A stretch of 64,000 bases of DNA. It comes from a virus. The position numbers and the translations under genes were made by a program. Positions 31,356 to 42,130 of this stretch are shown piece after piece. How positions within the stretch are numbered: position 1 is the stretch's first letter; the number at the start of each line of letters is the position of its first letter. Under the pieces are notes generated by a model, which was not told the origin of the DNA, made no database searches, and saw only the letters and a list, made by a program, of their open reading frames with translations. The stretch is from IMG/VR virus record IMGVR_UViG_3300044960_000113, positions 1 through 64,000 of that record. The stretch is one strand, 5' to 3'.

Positions 31356-32645
31356 TTATATATTAGATGTACTAGACATAGTAGCAAATGCTATTTCTGG
31401 ATCGTTTAGATATAACTCAGATGCTTTAACTTGTGTTACATCAGATGTTATTGTTCCATCAATCCCTGAATAATAATACATATTTGTCATATCAAATTCT
31501 ATATATACTCTTATATCTTTTCCATTTTCTATTTTACATTGAACCTTATAACCATTGTCTAATGGATTTCCACCAACATGCGCTTCAAAATATGTCTGAT
31601 ATGATGTAGTCATATTATAGAAACCCTGTACTCCAACACCCGACATTAATGAAGCTGTTGTATTACATGCAGAAATAGTAATAGTTCCAATTGATGCTAA
31701 AAGTGCATCATATGCTAAATTTATAGGATCTGGTGGTGGTGTAGGATTTAAATCTGGTGTGATTTGAATTCTTCCACCAGAATTAAAAAATGCTTTCATG
31801 TGATTAGCATTTGTAAATTGTATAAATACTTCATGATATTTTGTGGTTCCCCAAACACTTGTTGATTGATGGAATCCACCTGCATTACTTGATTCTAATG
31901 ATGTTGCTTGGAATCGTGTAGTAAATAAATCGTTAATATTAATTTGAGTATTATTGAATTCATTTAATAATGTTGTAATACCACATTGAATATTTGAAGT
32001 ATGATCATAAATAAATCCACGCGTACTTATATTTGCACTACTTACTCCTTGATGGTTTGCAATATTTCTAAATTTATTTAATAAATTTATCCAATCTAAA
32101 TTTGTCATTGATGTTAGATGTGGTAAATTATTCTGACCATAACCAAATACTGTTGAACATCCAGAGCTTAGTGGTCCAGTTGGTGTTCCAGCTATTTGAT
32201 TATATAAATCAACTAATGAATTATATTCTTCTAAATATGCAACTGCAACAAAATTACTACTAACCTTTTTCCATGCTGATCCATCCCATACCCACATTAT
32301 TTCATCATCACTATCCCACCATAAAAGTCCTGTTACAACATTTGTTGGTGCTGTTGGAGATACAACACAAATACCACCTATTGGCTTCCAAGTATTATTT
32401 GTGTCATAAATATATGGAACTCTGTCTCCAGTATTAAACCAAATTTGCCCGTGAGTTGGGTGTGGTGGTGGATTAGGAGAAGCAAAATTTTCTAGGATTT
32501 TAAGAATGCCTTCTTGTTGACCTTCACCATAATTTGGTGCACCTTTACCAAATAAAGTAATACTTGTTGATGTGGTATCAACTGCTAAAGGATTTAGTAT
32601 AATTGTACCTTTAACAATGTCTGACCAATTTAAAACGTATGCCAT
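31356..32645 (-). CDS. virion structural protein (tail fibre/baseplate-associated, jumbo-phage type)
   Basis: LFGKG..NYGE..Q...LENFAS..P..P..GQIWF motif; GLLWWD..MWVWDGSAW. Confidence 0.7.
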   Translation of the reverse strand: MAYVLNWSDIVKGTIILNPLAVDTTSTSITLFGKGAPNYGEGQQEGILKILENFASPNPPPHPTHGQIWFNTGDRVPYIYDTNNTWKPIGGICVVSPTAPTNVVTGLLWWDSDDEIMWVWDGSAWKKVSSNFVAVAYLEEYNSLVDLYNQIAGTPTGPLSSGCSTVFGYGQNNLPHLTSMTNLDWINLLNKFRNIANHQGVSSANISTRGFIYDHTSNIQCGITTLLNEFNNTQININDLFTTRFQATSLESSNAGGFHQSTSVWGTTKYHEVFIQFTNANHMKAFFNSGGRIQITPDLNPTPPPDPINLAYDALLASIGTITISACNTTASLMSGVGVQGFYNMTTSYQTYFEAHVGGNPLDNGYKVQCKIENGKDIRVYIEFDMTNMYYYSGIDGTITSDVTQVKASELYLNDPEIAFATMSSTSNI

Positions 32646-32737
32646 AATTTTATTCCTCTATTTGCGCCGGTTCACAAAAAGTTAAATAAATCCGCCGGTA
32701 TTTTCAGATTTATTTAATATACTATATATAATAAATA

Positions 32738-32745
32738 TATTTATA
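32738..32745 (-). promoter_or_regulatory. T4-type late promoter motif TATAAATA upstream of structural gene
   Basis: exact motif in intergenic gap. Confidence 0.4.
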
Positions 32746-32792
32746 TAAAAATACATTTTTTAATATTTTTAATTTATTTAAGAATAATAAAT

Positions 32793-33509
32793 TCATTTTT
32801 TAGATGATTCTAAATGTGTTAGAATAGTTTCAATCAATGGATGCCGTACAACATCTTTTTTATTAAATTCATGAACTATAATATCAGAGCTAACACCTTT
32901 TAATTTATTTGATATCCATATTAATCCATTATCAAATTTATTAGGTAAATCTGATTGAGAACTATCTCCATTAATAGCAAAATATGAATTAAACCCAATT
33001 CTTGTAATAAACATTTTAATCTGTTCTTTTGTTGCATTTTGTGCTTCATCTAATATTACGAAACAATTATTAAATGTTCTTCCCCTCATAAATGCTAATG
33101 GTGCTATTTCTATTTTATTGTTATCAAATAGTTTTTTCGTCATTGTAGGACCTATATGATCTTCTATGCTATCAAGCAATGGTAACAGATATGGATGAAG
33201 TTTTTCACTTAATGTACCTGGTAAATAACCTAAATGTTCACCTGCTTCTACAACAGGACGAGTTATTACTATACGATTAACTTCTTTTGATAATAATTTT
33301 TCTAATGCGATTGCTGTTACTAGATATGTTTTTCCTGATCCAGCAGGACCTAAACATATTGTGATTGGTGTTTCTCTTAAAAAATCTAAATATAATTGTT
33401 GGGCTGTATTTTTTGCATTTATTTTATGTTTTATAAATATTTCTTTTTCGATAGATGATGGATATTTTTGTTTTGAATTAGTTAAATTACCTTTTAATCT
33501 TTTTGACAT
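32793..33509 (-). CDS. phoH: PhoH family ATPase
   Basis: GPAGSGKT, ITRPVVEAGE.LGYLPG...EK..PY, PLAFMRGRT, LDEAQN, GDSSQSDL, VRHP. Confidence 0.95.
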   Translation of the reverse strand: MSKRLKGNLTNSKQKYPSSIEKEIFIKHKINAKNTAQQLYLDFLRETPITICLGPAGSGKTYLVTAIALEKLLSKEVNRIVITRPVVEAGEHLGYLPGTLSEKLHPYLLPLLDSIEDHIGPTMTKKLFDNNKIEIAPLAFMRGRTFNNCFVILDEAQNATKEQIKMFITRIGFNSYFAINGDSSQSDLPNKFDNGLIWISNKLKGVSSDIIVHEFNKKDVVRHPLIETILTHLESSKK

Positions 33510-33749
33510 TATTTTATTACCTCTCTGTTAAATTAACAGATAAACCCATTTTATTATAATATATTAACTTAATTTTGTTATTCCTCCTTTCTTTAATAGT
33601 GTTATGAACATATTTTAAATTATTTATAACCTGTCATAATTAATTAAAATTTCATAAAAATATTTTTATTAAAAATTAAATTAAATTTGATAAACAAATA
33701 TTTTTGATATCAATAAATGATTTATCTGGTTTTGATTCAAAATTGTTAT

Positions 33750-34607
33750 TTAGTTCCATTCCCAGATAAAACCTCCACCAACATTAATAAATGAATGATC
33801 TGGCTCTGATTTAAAATTATTATTAAAACAATAAAAACCACCACCAACTTCTCTTGGTGCACCTAGTAATGATGTTAATAGATTATTTGAACAATCAAAA
33901 TTACCACCTATTTCTTTTGGTGCACCTTTTAATGAAGTTAATTTATTACTATAACATGTAAAATTGTCACCTACTTCTCTTGGTGCACCTAGTAATGATG
34001 TTAATAGATTATTTGAACAATTAAAATTGCCACTCACTTCTTTTGGTCCACCTTCTAATGATGTTAATTTATTATCTGAACAATTAAAATCACCATCTAT
34101 CTCTTTTGGCGCACCTAGTAATGATGTTAATTTATTATTTGAACAATAAAAATCACCACTTACTTCCATTGGTGCACCTTGTAAAGATGTTAAATCATTA
34201 TATGAACAATTAAAATCATTATTTACTTCTCTTGGTGCACCTTTTAATGATTTTAATTGATTATCATGACAATCAAAATCACCACCAACATATTTTGGCG
34301 CACCTTCTAATGATTTTAAAATATTAAATGAACAATCAAAATTACCACCCACTTCTCTTGGTGCACCTAGTAATGATTTTAATTGACTAAGTGAACAATT
34401 AAAATTACCATCTACTTCACCAAATTGAACTGGTATATATTCTAATTTTTTATTAGAAATATCAACATCTCCATTAACATCAACTATACCATTATCATGA
34501 ATTGTATAATTTTTAATATACATTTCTTTTAACCAATTCTCTATTTCTTGTTTATCGGTTAAAAATTTATGTTGTTCTTCTTTTAAAAATAATTCTTGTA
34601 GTTTCAT
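33750..34607 (-). CDS. LRR-like repeat protein, 9 repeats
   Basis: MKLQELFLKEE N-cap, 21-aa repeats, FKSEPDHSF C-cap. Confidence 0.9.
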   Translation of the reverse strand: MKLQELFLKEEQHKFLTDKQEIENWLKEMYIKNYTIHDNGIVDVNGDVDISNKKLEYIPVQFGEVDGNFNCSLSQLKSLLGAPREVGGNFDCSFNILKSLEGAPKYVGGDFDCHDNQLKSLKGAPREVNNDFNCSYNDLTSLQGAPMEVSGDFYCSNNKLTSLLGAPKEIDGDFNCSDNKLTSLEGGPKEVSGNFNCSNNLLTSLLGAPREVGDNFTCYSNKLTSLKGAPKEIGGNFDCSNNLLTSLLGAPREVGGGFYCFNNNFKSEPDHSFINVGGGFIWEWN

Positions 34608-35137
34608 TTCCAGATAAATTCTCCACCAATATTAATAAATGAATGATTTGGTTCTGATTTAAAATTGTTATTTTTACAAATAAAATTACGACCTACTTCT
34701 TTTGGTGCACCTTGTAATGATGTTAATTGATTATCTGAACAATTAAAATAACCACCCACTTCTCTTGGTCCACCTTGTAAAGATATTAATTGATTATCTG
34801 AACAATCAAAATTACCACCTACTTCTTTTGGTGCACCTTGCAATGATGTTAATTTATTACCATGACAATAAAAACCATCACGAACTGCTCTAGGCGCACC
34901 TTGCAATGATATTAATTGATTATGTGAACATGAAAAATAACCATCTACTTCACCAAATTGAACTCGTAGATATGTTAATCTTTTATTAGAAATACCAACA
35001 TTACCATTAACATCAACTATACCATTATCATGAATAATATAATTTTCAATATATAATTTATTTAACCAATTCTCTATTTCTTGTTTATTAGTTAAGAATT
35101 GTTGTTCTTCTTTTAAAAATAGTTCTTGTAGTTTCAT
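34604..35137 (-). CDS. LRR-like repeat protein, 4 repeats
   Basis: start reassigned to ATG 35137 (ATGA overlap, MKLQEL). Confidence 0.9.
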   Translation of the reverse strand: MKLQELFLKEEQQFLTNKQEIENWLNKLYIENYIIHDNGIVDVNGNVGISNKRLTYLRVQFGEVDGYFSCSHNQLISLQGAPRAVRDGFYCHGNKLTSLQGAPKEVGGNFDCSDNQLISLQGGPREVGGYFNCSDNQLTSLQGAPKEVGRNFICKNNNFKSEPNHSFINIGGEFIWK

Positions 35138-35922
35138 TTCCAAATAAATTTTCCGTTAATATCAATAAATGAATGATCTGGTTCTGATTTAAAATTGTTA
35201 TATTTACAAAAAAAATTACCACCTACTTCTTTTGGTGCACCTTCTAATGATGTTAATTTATTATTTGAACAATCAAAAAAACTACCAACATATATTGGTG
35301 CACCTTTTAATGATGTTAATTTATTATGCGAACAATGAAAACCACCACTAACTTCTCTTGGTCCACCGTGTAATGTTATTAATTCATTATTATTACACAT
35401 GAAATCTCCACCTACTTCTCTTGGTGCGCCTTCTAGTGATGTTAATTTATTTATATGACAATCAAAATTACCACCTACTTCTTTTGGCGCACCTAGTAAT
35501 GATGTTAATAGATTATTAAAACAATAAAAACCAATGTTAATTTCTCTTGGTGCACCTTGTAATGATATTAATTGATTATATGAACAATCAAAAACACCAT
35601 CAACTTCTATTGGTCCACCTTCTAATGATTTTAATTGATTATTATAACACTCAAAATTACCACCTACTTTTCTTGGCGATCCTTTTAATGATGTTAATTT
35701 ATTAAATGAACAATTAAAATAACCATTCACATTACCAAATTGAACTGGTATATATGTTAATTTTTTAAAATGAATATCAACATCTCCATTAACATCAACT
35801 ATACCATTATCATGAATGTTATAGTTTTTAATTTTCATTTTTTTTAACCAATTTTCTATTTCTTGTTTATTGGTTAATAATTTATGTTCTTCTTCTTTTA
35901 AAAATAATTCTTGTAGTTTCAT
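35134..35922 (-). CDS. LRR-like repeat protein, 8 repeats
   Basis: family architecture. Confidence 0.9.
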   Translation of the reverse strand: MKLQELFLKEEEHKLLTNKQEIENWLKKMKIKNYNIHDNGIVDVNGDVDIHFKKLTYIPVQFGNVNGYFNCSFNKLTSLKGSPRKVGGNFECYNNQLKSLEGGPIEVDGVFDCSYNQLISLQGAPREINIGFYCFNNLLTSLLGAPKEVGGNFDCHINKLTSLEGAPREVGGDFMCNNNELITLHGGPREVSGGFHCSHNKLTSLKGAPIYVGSFFDCSNNKLTSLEGAPKEVGGNFFCKYNNFKSEPDHSFIDINGKFIWK

Positions 35923-36833
35923 TTCCAGATAAATTCTCCACTAATATCAATAAATGAATGATCAGGTTCTGATTTAAAATTGTTATATGAACAATTAAAA
36001 TCACCACCCACTTCTTTTGGTGCACCTTCTAATGATACCAATTTATTGCCATAACAATAAAAATTATTACCAACATATTTTGGTCCACCTTTTAATGATG
36101 TTAATTTATTATAATAACAGATAAAATTATCACTTACTTCTCTTGGTGCACCTTCTAATGTTGTTAATTTATTATATGAACAATCAAAAAAGCCACCAAC
36201 TTCTTTTGGTCCACCCTGTAATGATGTTAATTGATTATGTGAACATATAAAATCACTATCTATTTCTCTTGGTGCACCGCGTAATGATGTTAATTGATTA
36301 TATGAACAATTAAAAACACCATCAATTTCTATTGGTCCACCTTCTAATGATTTTAATTGATTATTATAACAATCAAAATTACCACCTACTTTTATTGGCG
36401 ACCCTTTTAATGATGTTAATTTATTAAATGAACAATCAAAATTACCATTTATTTCTCTTGGTGCATCCTGTAATGTTGTTAATTTATTATCTGAACAATT
36501 AAAATTACCACTTACTTCTCTTGGTGCACCTTGTAATGATGTTAATTGATTATTTGAACAATAAAAATCATCACCTACTTCCTTTGGTCCACCTTTTAAT
36601 GACGTTAATTGATTATATGAACAATCAAAAACACCATCTACTTCACCAAATTGAACTGGTATATATTCTAATTTTTTATTAGAAATATTAACATCACCAT
36701 TAACATCAACGATACCATTATCATGAATGGTATAATTTTCATTAATGTTCATCTTTTTTAACCAATTCTCTATTTCTTGTTTATCGGTTAAGAATTGTTG
36801 TTCTTCTTTTAAAAATAGTTCTTGTAGTTTCAT
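35919..36833 (-). CDS. LRR-like repeat protein, 10 repeats
   Basis: family architecture. Confidence 0.9.
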   Translation of the reverse strand: MKLQELFLKEEQQFLTDKQEIENWLKKMNINENYTIHDNGIVDVNGDVNISNKKLEYIPVQFGEVDGVFDCSYNQLTSLKGGPKEVGDDFYCSNNQLTSLQGAPREVSGNFNCSDNKLTTLQDAPREINGNFDCSFNKLTSLKGSPIKVGGNFDCYNNQLKSLEGGPIEIDGVFNCSYNQLTSLRGAPREIDSDFICSHNQLTSLQGGPKEVGGFFDCSYNKLTTLEGAPREVSDNFICYYNKLTSLKGGPKYVGNNFYCYGNKLVSLEGAPKEVGGDFNCSYNNFKSEPDHSFIDISGEFIWK

Positions 36834-37492
36834 TTCCAGATAAAATCTCCCCCAATATTAATAAATGAATGATCAGGTTCTGATTTAAAATTGTTATGTG
36901 AACAATCAAAATCACAACCCACTTCTCTTGGTGCATCTTTTAATGATATCAATTTATTGCTATAACAATAAAAATTACTACCAATATATTTTGGTCCACC
37001 TTGTAATGATGTTAATTGATTATCTGTACAATCAAAAAAACTACCAACATATATTGGTGCACCTTTTAATGATGTTAATTTATTATGCGAACAACGAAAA
37101 CCACCACTAACTTCTCTTGGTCCACCATGTAATGTTATTAATTCATTATTATTACACATGAAATCTCCACCTACTTCTCTTGGTGCGCCTTCTAGTGATG
37201 TTAATTTATTATTAAAACAATAAAAACTAATATTAATTTCTCTTGGTGTACCTTTTAATGATGTTAATTGATTATATGAACAATCAAAAACACCATCTAC
37301 TTCACCAAATTGGACTGGTATATGTGTTAAATTTCTATTAGAAATATTAACATCTCCATTAACATCAACTATACCATTATCATGTATGGTATAATTTTCA
37401 ATTTCCATTTCTTTTAACCAATTCTCAATATCTGATTTATTGGTTAAAAATTTATGTTGTTCTTCTTTTAAAAATAGTTCTTGTAGTTTCAT
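36830..37492 (-). CDS. LRR-like repeat protein, 6 repeats
   Basis: 70-aa N-cap + 6x21 + 24-aa C-cap = 220 aa. Confidence 0.9.
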   Translation of the reverse strand: MKLQELFLKEEQHKFLTNKSDIENWLKEMEIENYTIHDNGIVDVNGDVNISNRNLTHIPVQFGEVDGVFDCSYNQLTSLKGTPREINISFYCFNNKLTSLEGAPREVGGDFMCNNNELITLHGGPREVSGGFRCSHNKLTSLKGAPIYVGSFFDCTDNQLTSLQGGPKYIGSNFYCYSNKLISLKDAPREVGCDFDCSHNNFKSEPDHSFINIGGDFIWK

Positions 37493-38340
37493 TTCCAGAT
37501 AAATTCTCCACCAATATTAATAAATGAATGGTCTGGTTCTGATTTAAAATTGTTATACATACAATAAAAATCACCACCTACTTCTTTTGGTGCACCTTTT
37601 AATGATGTTAATTTATTATTTGAACAATAAAAATCACGACCTACTTCCCTTGGTGCACCTTCTAATGATGTTAATTGATTATCTGAACAATCAAACGTGT
37701 TAGCTACTTCTATTGGTGAACCGTGTAATGATGTTAATTTATTGTTATTACAATAAAAACCACCACCTACTTCCCTTGGTGCACCTTGTAATGATTTTAA
37801 TTGATTATTATGACAATCAAAATAACCATCTACTTCTCTTGGTCCATCTTGTAATGATATTAATTTATTACTATAACAATAAAAATTGCCATTTATTTCT
37901 CTTGGTGCACCTTTCAATGATGTTAATTTATTATTTGAACAATAAAAATCACCACCTACTTCTCTTGGTGCACCTTGTAATAATGTTAATTGATTATCTG
38001 AACAATCAAAATTACCACCTATTTCTCTTGGTGCACTTTCTAATGATGTTAATTTATTGTTATTACAATAAAAACCACCACCTACTTCCCTTGGTGCACC
38101 ATGTAATGATGTTAATTTATTATTTGAGCAACCAAAATTACCATCTACTTCACCAAATTGGATTGGTATATATGTTAATTCTTTAAAAGAAATATTAACA
38201 TCACCATTAACATCAACTATACCATTATCATGAATTGTATAATTTTTAATATACATTTCTTTTAACCAATTCTCTATTTCTTGTTTATCGGTTAAAAATT
38301 TATGTTGTTCTTCTTTTAAAAATAGTTCTTGTAGTTTCAT
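37489..38340 (-). CDS. LRR-like repeat protein, 9 repeats
   Basis: family architecture. Confidence 0.9.
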   Translation of the reverse strand: MKLQELFLKEEQHKFLTDKQEIENWLKEMYIKNYTIHDNGIVDVNGDVNISFKELTYIPIQFGEVDGNFGCSNNKLTSLHGAPREVGGGFYCNNNKLTSLESAPREIGGNFDCSDNQLTLLQGAPREVGGDFYCSNNKLTSLKGAPREINGNFYCYSNKLISLQDGPREVDGYFDCHNNQLKSLQGAPREVGGGFYCNNNKLTSLHGSPIEVANTFDCSDNQLTSLEGAPREVGRDFYCSNNKLTSLKGAPKEVGGDFYCMYNNFKSEPDHSFINIGGEFIWK

Positions 38341-38999
38341 TTCCAGGTAAATTCTCCACCAATATTAATAAATGAATGATCTGGTTCTGATTTAAAATTG
38401 TTATTTTTACAAATAAAATCACGACCTACTTCCATTGGTCCACCTTCTAATGATGTTAATTGATTATTTGAACAATTAAAATAACCACCAACTTTTCTTG
38501 GTCCACCTTCTAATGATGTTAATTGATTATTTGAACAATTAAAATAACCACCAACTTCTCTTGGTCCACCATGTAATGATGTTAATTGATTACGTGAACA
38601 ATAAAAATCACCACCTACTTCTCTTGGTCCACCTTGTAAAGATGTTAATTGATTATCTGAACAATTAAAATAACCACCTACTTCTCTTGGTGCACCTTCT
38701 AATGATGTTAATTTATTGTTATTACAATAAAAACCACCACCTACTTCCCTTGGTGTACCTTTTAATGATGTTAATTGATTATATGAACAATCAAAAATAC
38801 CATCTACTTCACCAAATTGAACTGGTATATATTCTAATTTTTTATTAGAAATATCAACATCTCCATTAACATCAACGATACCATTATCATGAATGGTATA
38901 ATTTTCAATTTCCATTTCTTTTAACCAATTCTCAATATCTGATTTATTGGTTAAAAATTTATGTTGTTCTTCTTTTAAAAATAGTTCTTGTAATTTCAT
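38337..38999 (-). CDS. LRR-like repeat protein, 6 repeats
   Basis: family architecture. Confidence 0.9.
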   Translation of the reverse strand: MKLQELFLKEEQHKFLTNKSDIENWLKEMEIENYTIHDNGIVDVNGDVDISNKKLEYIPVQFGEVDGIFDCSYNQLTSLKGTPREVGGGFYCNNNKLTSLEGAPREVGGYFNCSDNQLTSLQGGPREVGGDFYCSRNQLTSLHGGPREVGGYFNCSNNQLTSLEGGPRKVGGYFNCSNNQLTSLEGGPMEVGRDFICKNNNFKSEPDHSFINIGGEFTWK

Positions 39000-39529
39000 T
39001 TCCAGATAAATTCTCCACCAATATTAATAAATGAATAATCAGGTTCTGATTTAAAATTGTTATTTGAACAATCAAAATCACCACCCACTTCTTTTGGTGA
39101 TCCTTGTAATGATGTTAATTTATTACTATAACAATCAAAATTACCATTTATTTCTCTTGGTGCACCCCGTAATGTTGTTAATTTATTATCTGAACAATCA
39201 AAATTACGACCTACTTCTCTTGGTGCGCCTTGTAAAGATGTTAAATCATTAAATGAACAACTAAAAGTACCACCCACTTCACTTGGCCCACCTTTTAATG
39301 ATGTTAAATTATTATATGAACAGTCAAAATTACCATCTACTTCACCAAATTGAACTGGTATATATGTTAATTTTTTAAAAGAAATATTAACATTACCATT
39401 AACATCAACAATACCATTATCATGAATGGTATAATTTTTAATGTTCATCTTTTTTAACCAATTTTCTATTTCTTGTTTATCTGTTAAGAATTGTTGTTCT
39501 TCTTTTAAAAATAGTTCTTGTAGTTTCAT
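38996..39529 (-). CDS. LRR-like repeat protein, 4 repeats
   Basis: family architecture. Confidence 0.9.
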   Translation of the reverse strand: MKLQELFLKEEQQFLTDKQEIENWLKKMNIKNYTIHDNGIVDVNGNVNISFKKLTYIPVQFGEVDGNFDCSYNNLTSLKGGPSEVGGTFSCSFNDLTSLQGAPREVGRNFDCSDNKLTTLRGAPREINGNFDCYSNKLTSLQGSPKEVGGDFDCSNNNFKSEPDYSFINIGGEFIWK

Positions 39530-40566
39530 TTCCAGATAAAACCTCCCCCAATATTAATAAATGAATGATCAGGTTGTGATTTAAAATTGTTATTTTTACA
39601 AATAAAATCACGACCTACTTCCCTTGGTGCACCATATAATGATGTTAATTGATTATGTGCACAATCAAAATAACCACCAACTTCTCTTGGTCCACCTTCT
39701 AATGATGTTAATTTATTATTTGAACAATTAAAATCACCACCTATTTCTTTTGGTGCACCGTGTAATGATGTTAATTGATTATGATAACAATAAAAACCAT
39801 CACCTACTTCCATTGGCGCACCTTCTAATGATATTAATTTATTACTATAACAATAAAAATTGCCATTTATTTCTCTTGGTGCACCTTTCAATGATGTTAA
39901 TTTATTATTTGAACAATAAAAATCACGACCTACTTCCCTTGGTGCACTTTGTAAAGATGTTAAATAATTATATGAACAATCAAACGTGTTAGCTACTTCT
40001 ATTGGTGAACCGTGTAATGATGTTAATTTATTGTTATTACAATAAAAACCACCACCTACTTCTCTTGGTGCACCTTGTAATGATTTTAATTGATTATTAT
40101 GACAATCAAAATAACCACCTACTTCTTTTGGTCCACCTTCTAATGATGTTAATTGATTACGCGAACAAATAAAATAGCCACCTACTTCCCTTGGTGCACC
40201 TTGTAACGATTTTAATTGGTTATTATGACAATCAAACGTGTTAGCTACTTCTATTGGTGCACCTTCTAATGATGTTAATTTATTGTTATTACAATAAAAA
40301 CCTCCACCTACTTCCCTTGGCGCACCATGTAATGATGTTAATTTATTATCTGAGCAACTAAAATTGCCATCTACTTCACCAAATTGGACTGGTATATATG
40401 TTAATTTTTTAAAAGAAATATTAACATCACCATTAACATCAACAATACCATTATCATGAATAGTATAATTTTTAATGTTCATCTGTTTTAACCAATTCTC
40501 AATATCTGATTTATCGGTTAAAAATTTATGTTGTTCTTCTTTTAAAAATAGTTCTTGTAGTTTCAT
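39526..40566 (-). CDS. LRR-like repeat protein, 12 repeats
   Basis: family architecture. Confidence 0.9.
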   Translation of the reverse strand: MKLQELFLKEEQHKFLTDKSDIENWLKQMNIKNYTIHDNGIVDVNGDVNISFKKLTYIPVQFGEVDGNFSCSDNKLTSLHGAPREVGGGFYCNNNKLTSLEGAPIEVANTFDCHNNQLKSLQGAPREVGGYFICSRNQLTSLEGGPKEVGGYFDCHNNQLKSLQGAPREVGGGFYCNNNKLTSLHGSPIEVANTFDCSYNYLTSLQSAPREVGRDFYCSNNKLTSLKGAPREINGNFYCYSNKLISLEGAPMEVGDGFYCYHNQLTSLHGAPKEIGGDFNCSNNKLTSLEGGPREVGGYFDCAHNQLTSLYGAPREVGRDFICKNNNFKSQPDHSFINIGGGFIWK

Positions 40567-41411
40567 TTCCAGGTAAATTCTCCACCAATATTAATAAATG
40601 AATGATTTGGTTCTGATTTAAAATTGTTATTTTTACAAATAAAATTATGACCTACTTCTTTTGGTGCACCTTGTAATGATGTTAATTGATTATCTGAACA
40701 ATAAAAACTACCACCAACTTCTCTTGGTGCACCATATAATGATGTTAATTGATTATTTGAACAATTAAAATAACCACCAACTTCTCTTGGTCCACCATGT
40801 AATGATGTTAATTGATTACGTGAACAATAAAAATCACCACCTACTTCCCTTGGTCCACCTTGTAAAGATGTTAATTGATTACGTGAACAATAAAAATCAC
40901 CACCTACTTCCCTTGGTCCACCTTGTAAAGATGTTAATTGATTATCTGAACAATCAAAATTACCACCTACTTCTTTTGGTGCACCTTCTAATGATGTTAA
41001 ATCATTATATGAACAATTAAAATCACCATTTATTTCTATTGGTCCACCTTGTAATGATGTTAATTTATTAAACGAACAATCAAAATTACCACCTACTTCT
41101 TTTGGTGCACCTTCTAATGATGTTAATTTATTACCATGACAATAAAAACTATCACGAACTGCTCTAGGCGCACCTTGCAATGATATTAATTGATTATGTG
41201 AACATGAAAAATAACCATCTATTTCACCAAATTGAACTCGTAGATATGTTAATCTTTTATTAGAAATACCAACATTACCATTAACATCAACTATACCATT
41301 ATCATGAATTGTATAATTTTTAATATACATTTCTTTTAACCAATTCTCAATATCTGATTTATCGGTTAAGAATTGTTGTTCTTCTTTTAAAAATAATTCT
41401 TGTAGTTTCAT
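40563..41411 (-). CDS. LRR-like repeat protein, 9 repeats
   Basis: family architecture; contains an exact 63-bp tandem duplication. Confidence 0.9.
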   Translation of the reverse strand: MKLQELFLKEEQQFLTDKSDIENWLKEMYIKNYTIHDNGIVDVNGNVGISNKRLTYLRVQFGEIDGYFSCSHNQLISLQGAPRAVRDSFYCHGNKLTSLEGAPKEVGGNFDCSFNKLTSLQGGPIEINGDFNCSYNDLTSLEGAPKEVGGNFDCSDNQLTSLQGGPREVGGDFYCSRNQLTSLQGGPREVGGDFYCSRNQLTSLHGGPREVGGYFNCSNNQLTSLYGAPREVGGSFYCSDNQLTSLQGAPKEVGHNFICKNNNFKSEPNHSFINIGGEFTWK

Positions 41412-42130
41412 TTCCAGATAAATTCTCCACCAATATTAATAAATGAATGGTCTGGTTCTGATTTAAAATTGTTATTTTTACAAATAAAATCATGACCTAC
41501 TTCTCTTGGTGCACCATATAATGACGTTAATTGATTATCTGAACAATAAAAACCACCAACTTCTTTTGGTCCACCTTCTAATGATGTTAATTGATTATTT
41601 GAACAATTAAAATAACCACCAACTTTTTTTGGTCCACCTTGTAATGATATTAATTTATTACTATAACAATAAAAATTGCCATTTATTTCTCTTGGTGCAC
41701 CTTGTAATGATGTTAATTGATTACGTGAACAATTAAAATAACCACCCACTTCTCTTGGTGCATTCTGTAATGATGTTAATTGATTATCTGAACAATCAAA
41801 ATTACCACCTACTTCTTTTGGTGTACCTTGTAATGATGTTAATTTATTACCATGACAATAAAAACCATCACGAACTGCTCTAGGTGCACCTTGCAATGAT
41901 ATTAATTGATTATGTGAACATGAAAAATAACCATCTACTTCACCAAATTGAACTGGTATATATGTTAATCTTTTATTAGAAATATTAACATTACCATTAA
42001 CATCAACAATACCATTATCATGAATAGTATAATTTTTAATGTTCATCTTTTTTAACCAATTCTCAATATCTGATTTATTGGTTAAAAATTTATGTTGTTC
42101 TTCTTTTAAAAATAGTTCTTGTAGTTTCAT
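41408..42130 (-). CDS. LRR-like repeat protein, 7 repeats (one with a 1-aa deletion)
   Basis: family architecture; EVGGFYC lacks one residue. Confidence 0.9.
   Translation of the reverse strand: MKLQELFLKEEQHKFLTNKSDIENWLKKMNIKNYTIHDNGIVDVNGNVNISNKRLTYIPVQFGEVDGYFSCSHNQLISLQGAPRAVRDGFYCHGNKLTSLQGTPKEVGGNFDCSDNQLTSLQNAPREVGGYFNCSRNQLTSLQGAPREINGNFYCYSNKLISLQGGPKKVGGYFNCSNNQLTSLEGGPKEVGGFYCSDNQLTSLYGAPREVGHDFICKNNNFKSEPDHSFINIGGEFIWK

Noticed and set aside
32665-32699. GC-rich CGCCGGT motifs upstream of the structural gene as a terminator
   Set aside because: They are direct rather than inverted repeats, so they form no convincing stem
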